A stretch of DNA of 64,000 bases from Paraspadella gotoi (taxonomy: Eukaryota > Animalia > Chaetognatha): NCBI GenBank assembly GCA_051294375.1, contig CM119267.1:18268992-18332991 (forward strand), given 5' to 3'. Shown here piece after piece: positions 26,094-39,000 of the stretch. A program made the translations under genes and the position numbers. The notes beneath the pieces are model-generated. The model was not told the origin of the DNA. It did not search any database and saw only the letters and a list, made by a program, of their open reading frames with translations. How positions within the stretch are numbered: position 1 is the stretch's first letter; each line of letters starts with the position of its first letter.

Positions 26094-29000
26094 CTACCAA
26101 GTCCCTATCAACTGTAGCTGAGGCACAGAGAAGAAAACGAACATGAATATCCCGATAAGTACAATAAGGCAGACGTTGACAGTCAAGAACAGCTTGGCCC
26201 GGGAATCTTGCTGCAGACTGGAGATCTTGATCAATCTCTCTTCCTGCTGCGCCAGATATTCCGCGTCCAAAGCGTCCAGACCACAGTACCATGACGCCAA
26301 CCGACGCAGTGAATTCGTCATGAAGTGGACAAACTGGTAAGGCAGCGACGGCGAATCGTGACGGCGATTTTCACTTACGTCTCCATTGCGCGGCGGCAGA
26401 GGGCCAGGTAAAGAAGAAGCCTCGCCTGACTTCGTTAGCCCGTTCTCGACTCGTTTTGTATTATCATCTTCTTCGCCCATCGTTATCATAGAAGTGCCGA
26501 CGTATTCGGGGCACTCGTCGTCGCGCATCGTCTCTAAGTTTTCGTTTTCGTCTTCGCGCTTGCGTGTGTCGTGACGGGTCCAGAAAGTTGTCCTGGTTAG
26601 AGGACAGTCGTTAAACGAATAACTTATATTTCCATTCGGACACTATTCTCTTTTCTCACCGAATGAGCCTGGCTTCGGAGGGTGGATCAGTCAAATACGA
26701 GACTCCGATGGCCGTCAGCGTCGTGGTCCAGAAAAGAAAGACGGCAAAGTACATGTAATGGAAATTAGCGGTGATGACGGGGCGCGGGTCCGGATCCCCG
26801 CAGGGTGGCGCCGGATAAACGAAATCCAACACCATACGGGGAATAGAAACAACCATTCCTGCCATCAGGCCGTAAAAAGCACCCTGAAAAGAAAGCCAAT
26901 CCAAGCATATATTATGATATATGTAGTATATTCTATTTTGTATTGCTTTAGAGTTTAGAGAGCAAGTAAATTGTTTTACAATGGCCAATGGTTTAAGGCT
27001 ATCACTCCCATATAAAAAATAATCTAAAATCTTATTTATAAAGATTTTTAGGCTCAAGCTATTTTTATGGTTTTTATTCTTGAAAATTAAAATAAATTAA
27101 AATTAAAATATATTTTGAAAGTTACAATCCGATTTCTTACCCTTTCGTTGATTCTGGGCCACAAGATGGCAAGAAGATAAACGGCGGCGATGGGGGGAGC
27201 CAAATAAGCGGCGATCGATTGTATGTAGAGGTACAGTTGTCCGCCCTGCATAGTCTCGATGACTGGGATCCACACGACGCTGATGACGATCATGAAGACG
27301 ACGAAGAGTCGACCGACGATCATTAACTCGCGGACAGAAACCGACTGACAGAAAACGCTAAAGAACTTCATTTGTCTCAAAAGCGACCAAATGCTCAAAT
27401 GCTTCATTGAAGCGAAAAATATCTCATGCATAATTTTGTATTCACCTTCCTGATCTTTCCGTAAATATCGATGGTGAACAATGTCGATGCGGAATTAAAA
27501 ATGGAGGTGAGGTCGCTCATGAGAGCCGCCAACATTACCGCCATCATAACTCCCTTGAGTCCCGTTGGCATGAGGCGCAGAACCAAGTACGGGTAAGCCA
27601 TGTTGGTGCATCCCGTTGGGGAGCCGCAAACTTGTTCGCAGGTATCAGGATCGGCACACGCGATATCTTCGGTAAACAGGATTCTGGCGATCATCCCCGG
27701 CAAAACCATGATGAAAAAAGGCAAGATTTTAAGATAGCCAGCAAAGATTGTGGCCCCCTGAGCGTGCGAGAGTGACTTGGCCGCCAGAGTTCGTTGCACC
27801 ATCATCTGTGAAAAAAATATGGGCCAAATTGCGAAACCAGTAACAAGCAAGAGGCGTTGAAACAAGTACTTGACGTAGAGGCGAACCTGATCGGAACACC
27901 AATACCAAATCGACGCCGGAGTTTGACCAATGAGAAAACCCAACCACGGCATTTCTTGGTCGGTGACTTCGCGGAGCATCTTGTCATAATTCTGGGAAGA
28001 GCAGATTTCGTTGAATGAAAATATTATTCTTACGTAAGAATAAAGACGGCGGTAAGTACCTCCGGAGGTTGAGCGCATTTCGATGGCACCGTCGAATTTA
28101 ACGGGATTGTCGCGATGGCCTCGCCGTACTTTATCAACATTTTTTCGTAGCCGCCGACTTCTTTGAAGGAAATCACCGTCAGGAAGACGGAGCCGATTAT
28201 CATGATGAATGTTTGAAGGGTATCTGTGGGTAAAAAAAAGTGGTCACCGGAAATAATTAACCAAATCATCGAATAACTCCCTAAGTGGAAGAGGCACATC
28301 TAGGAGCTAACCAGTGTATATAACCGCGGCAAGTCCCCCGGTTACGGTACAAATCGCCGTGCAAAAGAGGAGAAAAAAGATCGAGAGATAGAGATTCCAT
28401 CCAAGAGCGAGCCGGATGAACAACGCCCCCGCGTAGAGATTAACGCTGATCTTGGTAAAGATATAGAGAACGAGAGAAAGAAAAGCCAGGTAGATTCGGA
28501 TCCGGTCCCCGCCGAAACGCTTTCGCATGTATTGAGGAAGGGTGCTGACTCCCGAGGCTATGAAGACGGGAAGGAAGAGCCAGCCGAGAAGCTGTGGGCA
28601 GAGCGGGTGAAAAAATTTATTTTAAAAACGGATATAAACTTCATAAATATTTTAAATAAACTTCATAAATATTCTCAATAAACTTCATAAATATTTTAAA
28701 TAAACTTCATAAATATTTTCAATAAACTTCATAAATATTTTCAATAAACTTCATAAATATTTTCAATAAACTTCATAAATATTTTCAATAAACTTGTGAA
28801 GGAATGATCATAAACGTTATTCTCGCGTTGTCTACCTGAAGAAGTAGAATGGCATTGACTTCGAAGGCTCCAACACCAAGGCCAGCGGCTGCCCCGGAGC
28901 CTTAAAAAGAAAAGGTTTTCATGTAGGATCAATTCTAAGTAAAGTCCAATTTTCATTTTTAGTTGACCCACGAGTTCAAGTCAAGTTAAATCGAGTCTCT

Positions 29001-31250
29001 TTTCGCTCAAATAATCGCTGGGTCCAATTGTTCAATTTATCGTCGGTCGGTCTTACTTAGATTTTAATCGCTCATAATTCGGGTATTCAGTCGGTTGAGC
29101 ACGGGACTCTTAATCCCGGGGTCGTGGGTTCGAGCCCCACATTGGGCGCCACTCTATCTGGATGGGTGGTATCTCGGGGCTAACTAACGGAGTCGTAAAG
29201 AAGAAGGCAAAAATGAGGGAGAATATATGTACTATTGAAAAGGCAAAAAAAGACATCAAAAAAGAAATGGAGGGAAAAATCGGAGGAGTAGAGAGGTAGA
29301 GAGAGGAGAGAAATAGAAGTCGAAGGAGAAGTGAGAACTGGGTGAGCCTCGAGCCCTGGGTGCTGGGAGGAGGAAGAATGCGTGGCTGACGAGACACGAG
29401 ACTCGCGCTCGGGCTGGTTTGGTCGTTGGCGTCATTTAATACTTAGGAGAAATATTATGATATGGGTGGAAGGGGTAAGACTCGTATAAAACCTTCCAAT
29501 GTATAAATCGTAACAAGTGAAAAATATACGCTGTTGGTTAAAAAACAAGTTTGAGCAAACAATGTCGGATCTGCCCACGATCTTTAGCGGTAATTAATTA
29601 AATATTTAATTAATTCAGGTTAATTAATTAATTAAGCAATTATTAATTAATTTGATCCAAAATATTTGTTTTTAGGACTTTATACACTAACCACGACAAA
29701 AGCAATGACGACGACGACAATAATTCCGATAACGATTGACTTGATTGATTGATTAATTAATAGATAAATTGATAGATTAATTAATAAATAGATAAATAAA
29801 TTTATTGATTGAATAATTGATTAATTGACTCATTAATTATTGATTAATTAATTGACTAATTGATTAATTAACTGATTATTTGATTAATTAATACATCTTG
29901 CATTTACATTTAATATAAAAAGAAAAAAGCATAATCAATTAAAGAAATAGGTTTTTTTCCATTTAAACTCATTTCCACAAAAACGATTCTATAGAAACTT
30001 AATTTCTAGCTTAATCACACACTTTCCTACCCACATACAAAATTTCAAGTAAATCGCCTCATTCACTAATTAATAATTGGCGTTCAAATAGTGAAAAAAA
30101 TTTTTTTTATTTTTTCCATTTAAACTCATTTCCACTTGGACGATTCCATCAAAACTTCATATCCAGCTCAATCACACAGTTTCCTACCAACACACAAAAT
30201 TTCACTCCAATCCAACCATCCAATTACGAGTAATTGGAGTTTTTTGCTAAGGTGGGACGGACAGACGGACATTATTTTGGCATAATTTATCATAATTCGA
30301 GGTTCTGATATGATTTAAGTGAATGCCCGACAAGATTTGGGGGGGGAGACCGACAAAGTGAATTATAGAATCGGAATCTGCTGATAAGCAGATCCGCCTA
30401 AAAAAATTCAATAAATGTAGGACAAACTCTCGTTGTAATTCGTTACTCTTGATTTCCTTTTGTTAAAGTGTTTAAAAATACAAAAAATCAATATTTGTTT
30501 ACAAACGTTACCCTTCATTATTACTTCATTGTTCTGTTTAATTAATATTTAATTTCATACAGATTGTATTTGTATTGATTAGCCATCGTCATCGTCGTTT
30601 CTAAAGTTTGAAAGGAATCCTGACTCAATACTTCTTACTCAGAGTCCACAATTTAGCCCAAAACATATTTCGTAACAAACAAACCTGCAAGACCGATAAA
30701 GTGCTCGCTGCCAATGTTTGAAGCGAATAAGGAGGCGCCGACAGGAAGCCACCACATGAATCGTCCCGCCAAAAAGTAACTGTTGTCAATAAAATTCGTA
30801 TTAATTTAATAGTCAAAACATTATGATAAACAAAAGGGAACCAAAAGATTGACGTTCGATTTTTGCTATTTCTTCCAAAATATCGCAAAGACAAAAAGCT
30901 GTCCGGCATTTAACATAATCTCTAAGCATTATTGGTGACAAGAACTCCTACTGCCAAATAGAGAAGTTCGATCAACGAAAAATCGACCCCAATCTAACAC
31001 AATTTGTTTGAGGCGTGACGTCACCAAAAAATAAACTCCCGCCTCCCCGTCTACTCTCCGCTCACCCACTGACGGTTCCTCGATTTCTCCGAAATAAAGC
31101 AGCGAAGCCTGCGCTCAGAACGAGGATGAAATAAAACGTGATTGCGACGTAGTCCCATGTTTCGAGCGCGCCTCGGTCAGTCAGTCTTTCTTTGGCATCC
31201 ATCGCGATTTTGGCAGAACCAAAACTTTTTTGTATTGTAGATTCTTTCAT
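26094..31250 (-). CDS. SLC5A3: Sodium/solute symporter, SMIT1 (sodium/myo-inositol cotransporter)-like, spliced
   Basis: [86 protein letters not shown]. Family is certain; exact ortholog less so. Confidence 0.8.
28633..28795. repeat. Intronic 22-bp minisatellite (ATAAACTTCATAAATATTTTCA, ~7.5 copies)
   Basis: Head-to-tail units without spacers. Confidence 0.92.
29077..29151 (+). pseudogene. tRNA-Lys(CTT)-derived retrocopy with encoded 3' CCA and degenerate 5' acceptor strand
   Basis: TCAGTCGGTTGAGCA CGGGA-CT-CTT-AA-TCCCG GGGTCGTGGGTTCGAGCCCCACATTGGGCG CCA; the 5' GCCCGGCTAGC is eroded. Confidence 0.75.
29541..30406 (+). mobile_element. Non-autonomous Helentron-like element (HINE/DINE-1 type), copy 1
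   Basis: Sub-terminal CGGATCTGC (29566) is inverted to GCAGATCCG in the terminal hairpin CGGAATCTGCTGATAAGCAGATCCG. Also internal GACG/GACA microsatellite (30255-30270), internal direct repeats, A-run flanks and a homolog at 54084-55420. Confidence 0.6.
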
Positions 31251-31697
31251 CGCAAAGAGAGATTATTACACTGGTCTGTGGCCAGTTAAGAATAAAAAGA
31301 GATCGTTTCCTTTCAGGCTTTTTATAAGGAGATTCGACTGGGCGGAATAGGCGTCTCGGTGATTAAGTGCGTCGTTTTTTTTAATAGCGTTTTTTTTTAA
31401 TGGCGTTTTTTTCTTTTCGAGTTTAAGTTCGTCGATGGCAGTGAGATTAGTGAGAAAGCAGGTGAAAGATGCATGCTCTTAACGGTTTGACGTTTTTCAG
31501 CTGAAATTCCTTGGAGTGTTTCCTTCAGTATGCACAGTATGTTTGACAGAAACCTACATTCATTTGTGGTTGATCCAGAGGTCTAATCAATAAGAAAAGA
31601 AAAGAAGAGATCGAAAATAATGTTTAAAACAGATCTTTCATACAAAACTTATTTGAGAAATCAATGAATATCATAATTGAATCAAGGAAAGTTAAAT

Positions 31698-31816
31698 GAC
31701 CTGCTATGTTATTATATTGTAAGAGTGATGGAGGTCTTAAACCATCAAAGCCTATCCAAAGTCGGGCAAGATAGCTTGGTTATTAAATGAATGAATTGGT
31801 TGCACCAATTTCATGA
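31698..31816 (+). repeat. 5'-truncated, diverged copy of the dispersed repeat at 51859 and 57461
   Basis: gacctgctatg..gtaagagtgatggagg..ccaaagtc..gcaagatagct..ccaatttcat is shared. Confidence 0.75.
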
Positions 31817-33036
31817 AATAAAAAATATTATTTTTAAATATAAAAAATAAAACTGTCAAAAATTGGTCAAGGCCCGACATGGAATTCTCTTAGCTTCTGG
31901 AAACCTAATTATTAATATAGGTCATTCTCGAAACTATCATAATGACATTCTGCCATTCTCAATTAGTTTGAAAATGAATCGTGAATGAAGGCAGTTTACA
32001 GATCATGTTATTATAAATAAAAATTCAATTATGAAAAATAATGTACCCGCAATTATGTCTCAAAGAATTTTTTTTTTTTTAAACAGAACAACAAATGGAA
32101 AAATAATTAGGTTCGTAGTTTCTTCGCCTTCGGGGGACGAGATTTGATGACCATTAAACAAGAGCCTCCAAACTCCCCGCCAACTTAACTCTTGGGGAAA
32201 ATAATTAGATTATCAAAGCAGCAGGATTTTCGTAATCGAATATTTGAGAATCGCGATAGCAAATGACTCCTCCTTCCAAAAGTTTGGTTTAACTTAATTC
32301 ACCTTTTCTAGAGGCGTTTGTTTAAAAAGATTTCCAGAGATATTCTTTCTTTTAAACCCCCTCTGGAGCGTGGCAATTCCCTGACATACATCGGTCCACG
32401 GTCAACTTTTTGTCTGATAAAACTTATAGAACCAATTTTTTTTCTTAAAATCTCATTTGGCATTTTTCTTACTATTAGTCCAGGGAATTTAACGAATTTT
32501 AAGAAATTAACCTCTTCACATTAATAATTCTAAGTATTTTTTTTTTAAATTATCAATGGTGATTTCTCATACATAAAATCTATCTATCTTTTGTTAGGAT
32601 GTCGTGATTCACACAGCAAAACGATATTATGTAGGCTTCAAGTACTACATTAAAATAGTAAGTGTTACGCAAAAAACTTAGGGTAATTGTACTCATTATT
32701 TCGATCATCCTCGATATAATAATTAAACTGTTCTTTTTCGATCAATTATATTTTAGACTTAATTTAAAATTACAACTTTCGTACGCAGTAAAATACTGTA
32801 TTATTTCTTAAGTCAAAAAAAGAAAAAAACAAAGCGTTAAATTAAATCAAATGTAAAAAACAGAGGCTCTGCTATGGTCAAAAAAGACCCATGTATTGAA
32901 GGAACAAATGTAATCAAAAAGAATGACAACGATTTTTTTAACCAAAGTTTATGATCCGTGTAATTTTTGATAAATAAAATATGAAAAAGCGTCAAAAAAC
33001 AAGACGTATAACAAACGAAATGAGATATACTAAATA

Positions 33037-35619
33037 TCATGAAATGACACGAGCGAAACTCTGTGATGAAGAACTACAGCTGAGGACCTGTTGATCGGAA
33101 CAATTGGTGTGAGCCTTAGCATAACAATTTTTCACCATCATATCGTTGATCAAAAGGTCCTCGGATCGGTCCTCTTTCGACGTGTCCCATAACTCTATGC
33201 AGGGAGTCCCTTCTGGCAAAAGGTACTTGACGTGCATGACCAACTTCTTGGCGCGAACGGTTTCGACGAAAAAACGAACGGCTTCTAAAGACCACTTTCC
33301 GTCGTCGGAGGGCAAAACCGAAGCGAGATGACATTCCGTGGCCTGGAACTGTTGGTGCATAAATCTCTTGTCCAACGACAAGACGTTCTCCCAAGGGTCA
33401 AGCGAAATGGTTTGGGTGCTGCCGTAATCGAGGAAGAGAATTTTAAGGGCGTCTTTTTCATCGTCGACGCGTAACACCCGCGCGCGGTAATAAAAGTCGG
33501 CGACCCTGGCGGCGACCATCTCGCCGCGACGAAGATCCGACACGTCGAGACGATAGGTTCGAGAGTTGCGCTTATAAAACTTGGTCATCCTGATTTTTAA
33601 GTCAGAGTCGTTCCCCTCTTCGGTCAGGAGGGCGAAGACGTCGGAGCCTGAAACTGATTTGTCGAAGGACGACAGAGACTGGACGCCAAAGGGAAAACGA
33701 ACGTAAAAGTGTCCTGGATTTCGATAGCTGGTCACTTCGCACACGTACCATTCTTCGCAAAGGAGAGCAATCGGCTCGTTGTATCCCTCGTCTATCAAGT
33801 TCGCTTCCATTTGCTCTCTCTTATCGTCAACGGTTGGCTCGCGGTGCAGCAATGGACAATCCATCTTTAGGCAAGTGTTGCCTCGGCGCCAGTGAGGACA
33901 GACTTCTTTAGATTTCATGGGAGAGCGCTCCTGATAAATGTTTGTTGGCGACATCCAATCCCTTTCCATCGCATTGCCAACGATGGACGTAGCAGACTCT
34001 TGGGCCTTGGATTCTTCCGGCTCGGAGATCTCGACACGACTCTCGGATACGATTTCCCCCATCACGATGGGAGCGGTTGATCCCGTCTCCGACTCGTATC
34101 GAGCGAATCCCGCGGAAACAAAAATTTGATCGAGGGCGAAATAATCGATGGTGGTGGCCCGCATTTGCAAAATTTCTTCTTTAGTCGGATCCAAATCTAC
34201 GCAATCCCACGACGGGAATCCGCGATAACAGCGATCCGTCGGACAAGCTTCCCCCATCTTTTCCACATCGAGACGCGTCCAAGCGTTATTTACGACGGGA
34301 AGCAGGACCTGGTCGGGAACCACAAGACGGCATTTGATGCAAAACGGCGGGAGAGTCGCGAATTCCTCAATGACCGGAAGTAGAGACGGCAGGGGCAAAA
34401 ACTCTGAATCACCGAAATCGAAGTAAAAGACGTGACAGAGGGGAAATTCTTCATCCTGTGCACAGCTTATTTCTTTGACGACGACGCGGCAGAATGAGTC
34501 ATCCTTGGGAGCGACAGCGATCTCCCCGACGGAAACTTCAAAATCACGACTGACTTTATCTAGTGCCGCCGAGTGGGAACCGTAGAAACTCTTCATATCG
34601 CGACACAATTTATCCAGATTTTTTAAGTCGTCCAAAATCGGATGGACGCAAAATAGAATCGGCGATTCGATGATGGAAAACATGAAGACGAAACCCCTAT
34701 TTCGATCGAAGTTAAGAAATAGATCATCTTTCGCGCAGATGAGACGTTTAACTATGTTGGGTAAACTCGATGGTCCAGGTAGGAAAGTTAGAGAACTCTG
34801 AAATTGCTCGTCCTTTGCTTCCGAAAAGCCGGACGTTTTATTGACGGGCCAAGACATAGCAACGGATCCTTTTTCGGATTTCTCGTCGGAGGGCACGGAA
34901 GGCAATCTAGTTTCCAACTCAGCGTTGCATGATGGAACAGATTTAGGGGGTTCGTCCAACATGTCTAAGAGATCCTCCAGCTGCGCGTTGGGGGACTTAA
35001 ATAACGCGTGATAGGATGAGTAAGGCGGAGTAACAGAAATTTTAGAGGATGGAGACTCACGGGCGACGGAGGGAGCGAGGGGCGTTGTAGCGGTGGATGT
35101 CGGAGTCCCCGATTTCATCTCTGTCGCCTTCGGACGATCGTCTTCGTGTTGCGCCAACGGAAGGTAACGACCAGGCTCGGTATCCGAGGTGAGCGTTACC
35201 GAGGACGATTTTGCAACAGTCCTCGCGGGCGGAGTGTCCTGGGGAACGTGAGAGCAACTCATCGATCCAGTTTCAACCTCAGCGAGATCCGACTTTGGGG
35301 CCGCGAGCGACCCGGAGGAAGAGTTTTTCGTCAGCGTCGGAGCGGAAGGGGCGGTTGCGCCCTCCTCTGACGAAACCGCCTCGTCGTCGAGCACGCCGGC
35401 GATTTTGTCTAAAAGATCTGTGAAATCGTTGAGAGATCGTTTGGCCGACTCGTAATTCTTGCGGAACTTCTTTGAATCCGATTCTTCGGCGGATTTCTTG
35501 GCGACGTTGACAAGAGTCTCTCCTTCCTCGACCTTTTGTTGAAGCCTCTGTACGACGGAATCTACGTCGCTTTTGAACTGAGCCAAGTTTGAGAGCAGTC
35601 GTTCCTTTTGACGATCCAT
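33037..35619 (-). CDS. Intronless Tudor-domain protein (860 aa): N-terminal coiled coil, eTudor, CCCH finger, eTudor (Krimper-like layout)
   Basis: FCRVVV..VFYFDFGDSE..CIKCRL..W; CPHWRRGNTCLKMDCPLLH; NPGHFYV..YYRARV..LFLDYGS..QATECHL..WSLEAVRFF. Confidence 0.85.
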   Translation of the reverse strand: MDRQKERLLSNLAQFKSDVDSVVQRLQQKVEEGETLVNVAKKSAEESDSKKFRKNYESAKRSLNDFTDLLDKIAGVLDDEAVSSEEGATAPSAPTLTKNSSSGSLAAPKSDLAEVETGSMSCSHVPQDTPPARTVAKSSSVTLTSDTEPGRYLPLAQHEDDRPKATEMKSGTPTSTATTPLAPSVARESPSSKISVTPPYSSYHALFKSPNAQLEDLLDMLDEPPKSVPSCNAELETRLPSVPSDEKSEKGSVAMSWPVNKTSGFSEAKDEQFQSSLTFLPGPSSLPNIVKRLICAKDDLFLNFDRNRGFVFMFSIIESPILFCVHPILDDLKNLDKLCRDMKSFYGSHSAALDKVSRDFEVSVGEIAVAPKDDSFCRVVVKEISCAQDEEFPLCHVFYFDFGDSEFLPLPSLLPVIEEFATLPPFCIKCRLVVPDQVLLPVVNNAWTRLDVEKMGEACPTDRCYRGFPSWDCVDLDPTKEEILQMRATTIDYFALDQIFVSAGFARYESETGSTAPIVMGEIVSESRVEISEPEESKAQESATSIVGNAMERDWMSPTNIYQERSPMKSKEVCPHWRRGNTCLKMDCPLLHREPTVDDKREQMEANLIDEGYNEPIALLCEEWYVCEVTSYRNPGHFYVRFPFGVQSLSSFDKSVSGSDVFALLTEEGNDSDLKIRMTKFYKRNSRTYRLDVSDLRRGEMVAARVADFYYRARVLRVDDEKDALKILFLDYGSTQTISLDPWENVLSLDKRFMHQQFQATECHLASVLPSDDGKWSLEAVRFFVETVRAKKLVMHVKYLLPEGTPCIELWDTSKEDRSEDLLINDMMVKNCYAKAHTNCSDQQVLSCSSSSQSFARVIS

Positions 35620-36009
35620 CAGTTAATGATTGAAAGTAGCTATTTAATTAAAAAAGCTCTAAAATGATATGAATGAAAATAAAAATAAAAATAAATTCGA
35701 ATAAGATAATAATAGTAAAAATGTTTTAAAAAGTTCGCGTTGATGGGGCGCCAGTACAGTATGATTCGATACAGTTCAATTCTGGAAAAAATCCGCTTCA
35801 ATTTTTAGTTTTTAAGATTCACAATCAATTTATTTTTTTTAAAATACGAAATACGACCGCCAACAGCGATCTTCACAAACTGATTGTGAAACTTTTTTAA
35901 TTGACCGACTTTTCTAGATAAAAAAAAAATTGTATAACGATAACAAAACGTATGGCTAAGCATCAACAAAGAGCAAAGAGCGTAAAAACAAAAAGTTCAA
36001 ATTCGATCG

Positions 36010-39000
36010 TCAAAACACCCTGAAGATTTGCGCGGCCGGCTCAGACAAAGACGAAGAAGTCTCTTCGATCGCACGAAATTGCTTGGCTCGCAAATTTCTC
36101 GCGTCAAATTCTTTCAAATGATGATGGAGTTGCGATAAAAACATCAGCGCCTGACGCGCGCGTCGAAAGTCACCGGACAAGAGGAAGAGAGAGAGAGCAC
36201 GATCGGCGTTGAGAATGCCTGAAAAAAAAAAACAACAAAAAAACAAAAAAACAAAACCTTAAATAAAATAGAAATTGAAATTCGCTTCAACATAAAGTAG
36301 TAATTTATCCGCTAACCCAGACGAAACGATGTTTCTCTGGCGGCGACGTCGTCTGCGAAAGACGCCGTGGTCGCCACGTGGCATCTTGACTTGAGAAAAA
36401 AGGCTCGTCCTTGCAAATCCGGAGTCCCGTGAGTCAAAACGGAAAAGAAGCAAGAATCCAGAACCGACAGAGCCTGTGGGTCAACGAGTGTATTAGAGTG
36501 TCTCATAGCTCCAAGAAGCGCTTTGAGCTTCTGACCTGATTGGGCATCTCCAATTGGTATTGCGTCAACGCGATGAGGACCTTCGCTAAGGCGACGACGT
36601 TGTCGATGTGCCGGGCCTCGGCGGTGGTCAACGCCTTGAGGATAAATTCGACGGCGGAGGCGGGATCGTTCATCTGACAATAAACTTCGCCAATTTTGAG
36701 GAGAGCGTGAACTCGTAACAGGGCCCTTTCGCGAGCGGTCTCGGAGGAGCGCTTATCGATGGATTCCAGGAGGCGAAACAGTCGCGAAAGAGATTCCGAG
36801 TAAAGAGTCTTTTCAAGCAAGAGGAGAGCGTCGAAGAGAGCTCCTGTCAGGAAATGAAAAGAATAATATAGAAAGACGAAAGTCGACGAAGAAAACGCTT
36901 TAGTCTGTTAGTCTGACCTTCAGCAGAATCGATGGCGCTCAAGTTAGAAGCCTCTGCCGACGCCCACACGAGATCGCCATGACCGAGGGCACGCGCAAAA
37001 TCTATGCGGTGCTTCGACTTGAGCCATGCGACCGAAGTGGGCGTTCCCACCGGAAATGAGTCGCGCAGAAAGGCGAAAATGGCGTCGACCGCCGAAAAGG
37101 CTCCGTGTGACGCGTGATGCTCGGCCAGCCAAGCCTGAATGGGTAAGAAAAAAGTTATTATAATAATTATTATAATTATTAGAATATCATATATATTATA
37201 CAAATACTGACAGGTCTTACCAAGGCCAACACTTCCGACAATCCCATCTGCGGCGTTCCATGTTTGAGCGAATTGAGTTGAAGTAGAGCCTGGGTGGAAA
37301 GAGCAGCCATGTTCGTCTTTCCGTACATGCGCCAAAGTGCGGCCTTTTGGGCAAAGCTGGCGGACATAAGGCTGAGGATCGAATGTTGACAGTTAAAAAC
37401 GTCTGATCGACTCATTCCCTCGAAGATGAGATAGGGTTTCGTCGGGTCCGAGGAAAGCGCCAGTTGACGGGCCAAACTCTGGAAATCGTGAGATTATTTT
37501 TATTTACTTTTTTATACCAAAATTTATTAAGGTTCGTACCTGAATTCCCAAGGAAGATAGAAACGGAAGTAAAAGTTCGTTGGACTTTTTAATTCCGCGA
37601 GTGATCATCTCGGAGAGCGACAGGAAATCGTTTGTACCTAAGATAAAAGAAATAATAAGAACCTATTCTCCGTATAAAGCTTCGAAAAAGAACTAATTAA
37701 AACCGTTTGTCCTCTTTCGTTGATCTTCGTCTAGGCCGTCCGATTCTTCTATAATGAGATGAAGCCATCCCAAGGCGTATTGAAGGCAGATTGCGTCGCC
37801 GGCCTCTTGTGCCATTTGGATGGCCTCGTGCAACGCCGCCAACGCCTCGCCGTGATGCGAAAATCTAAAGGCATTATTGTCACAGATCACGATTCAGTCT
37901 CGCCCGCTCTCAACCTAATTTTTTTCATTTTCAAACCGGTGGTGCATTGCGGCGAGGTTGAGCGTGCCGTATCTGTAATTTTTTGGGTGGTCGAGATGGG
38001 AATCCACGCCGCCGTCTAAGGCGGCGTTCCGCGAGTTGGCGGCGACGAAGGCCTTGGGATGCTGCCGATCGAAGTAGTGATGAAGGGCGTGGACGGCGGC
38101 GTTGTACTCGTTACATCGAACCGCGTTTAAGAACGAGAGGTAGTGGAGCGAAGGAGTGTCCGGGTTGATCGAGAGAAGTTCGTTGATTTGCGACTGAAGA
38201 GCGGGAAATGTAAAAACGGCCAAGAGGTAATCGATCCAAACCGAACGCCAAAACCATGGGGGAGGGGGGGGGGGAAGAATTCTCCGCGCTTACATCCCAC
38301 CTGCAACGGCTTCGGCTTAAGGGCCTTGGTCTCATTATGGACTAAAAGGTTGACTTGGGTGGCGATAAAGTATTCCACTTGCTTTCGCGACATATGAGCC
38401 GACGACGAGCGATTGGACGAAGCTCGGGAGGCATCGGACGGCGAACCTCCGTCTTCGAAAGTAAATCCCTCGCTGAGCGGGAAGGGCAAGCAGGGTTTGT
38501 GTTCCGGTTCATCTGAAAGGAAAATGCCCGATAATCTTAAAAACGAATTAGATTCCCCAATATTTGTTATCAGGCTCCACAACCTTCTTCGTCGAGGCCA
38601 ACCTCTTTACGGGAGGGGACGAAGGGCGTGGAAACGTGCTTGGGCTTTAGTCGCGGAGTGAGAATCGAGTCCTCCAGTTGCATCGCTATATCCTCGTCCT
38701 CAGAATTGCGCGAGATCGTTCCTGATAAGGGGGGGGGGTTGAGAGGCGTTGGCAAATATTAACCATCTTAACCAATTAATCAACTAACGATTCCGATTTG
38801 AAAATTTTTATTCCTCCGTCTCGACCCCTCACCGATTTCGGACTTTTCAGCAAAGTTCGACTCTTCCGCTTCGAGCTGAAACCGAATCTTAGGCGCGGAC
38901 GGGAGGAGGCCACAGATTTTTGACTTGGAGCTCGTGGAGAGTTTGAGACAGGAGGAGACGTATGATACCGTCGATTCGTAGAGACGAACAATCTGCGTCC

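Noticed and set aside
28633-28795. CRISPR-like regular repeats
   Set aside because: No spacers, eukaryotic intron, no cas genes; a simple 22-bp minisatellite
32302-32413. Exon-like segment with in-frame TGA (possible selenoprotein)
   Set aside because: No consistent flanking exons, no SECIS seen and no family similarity; more likely UTR or non-coding
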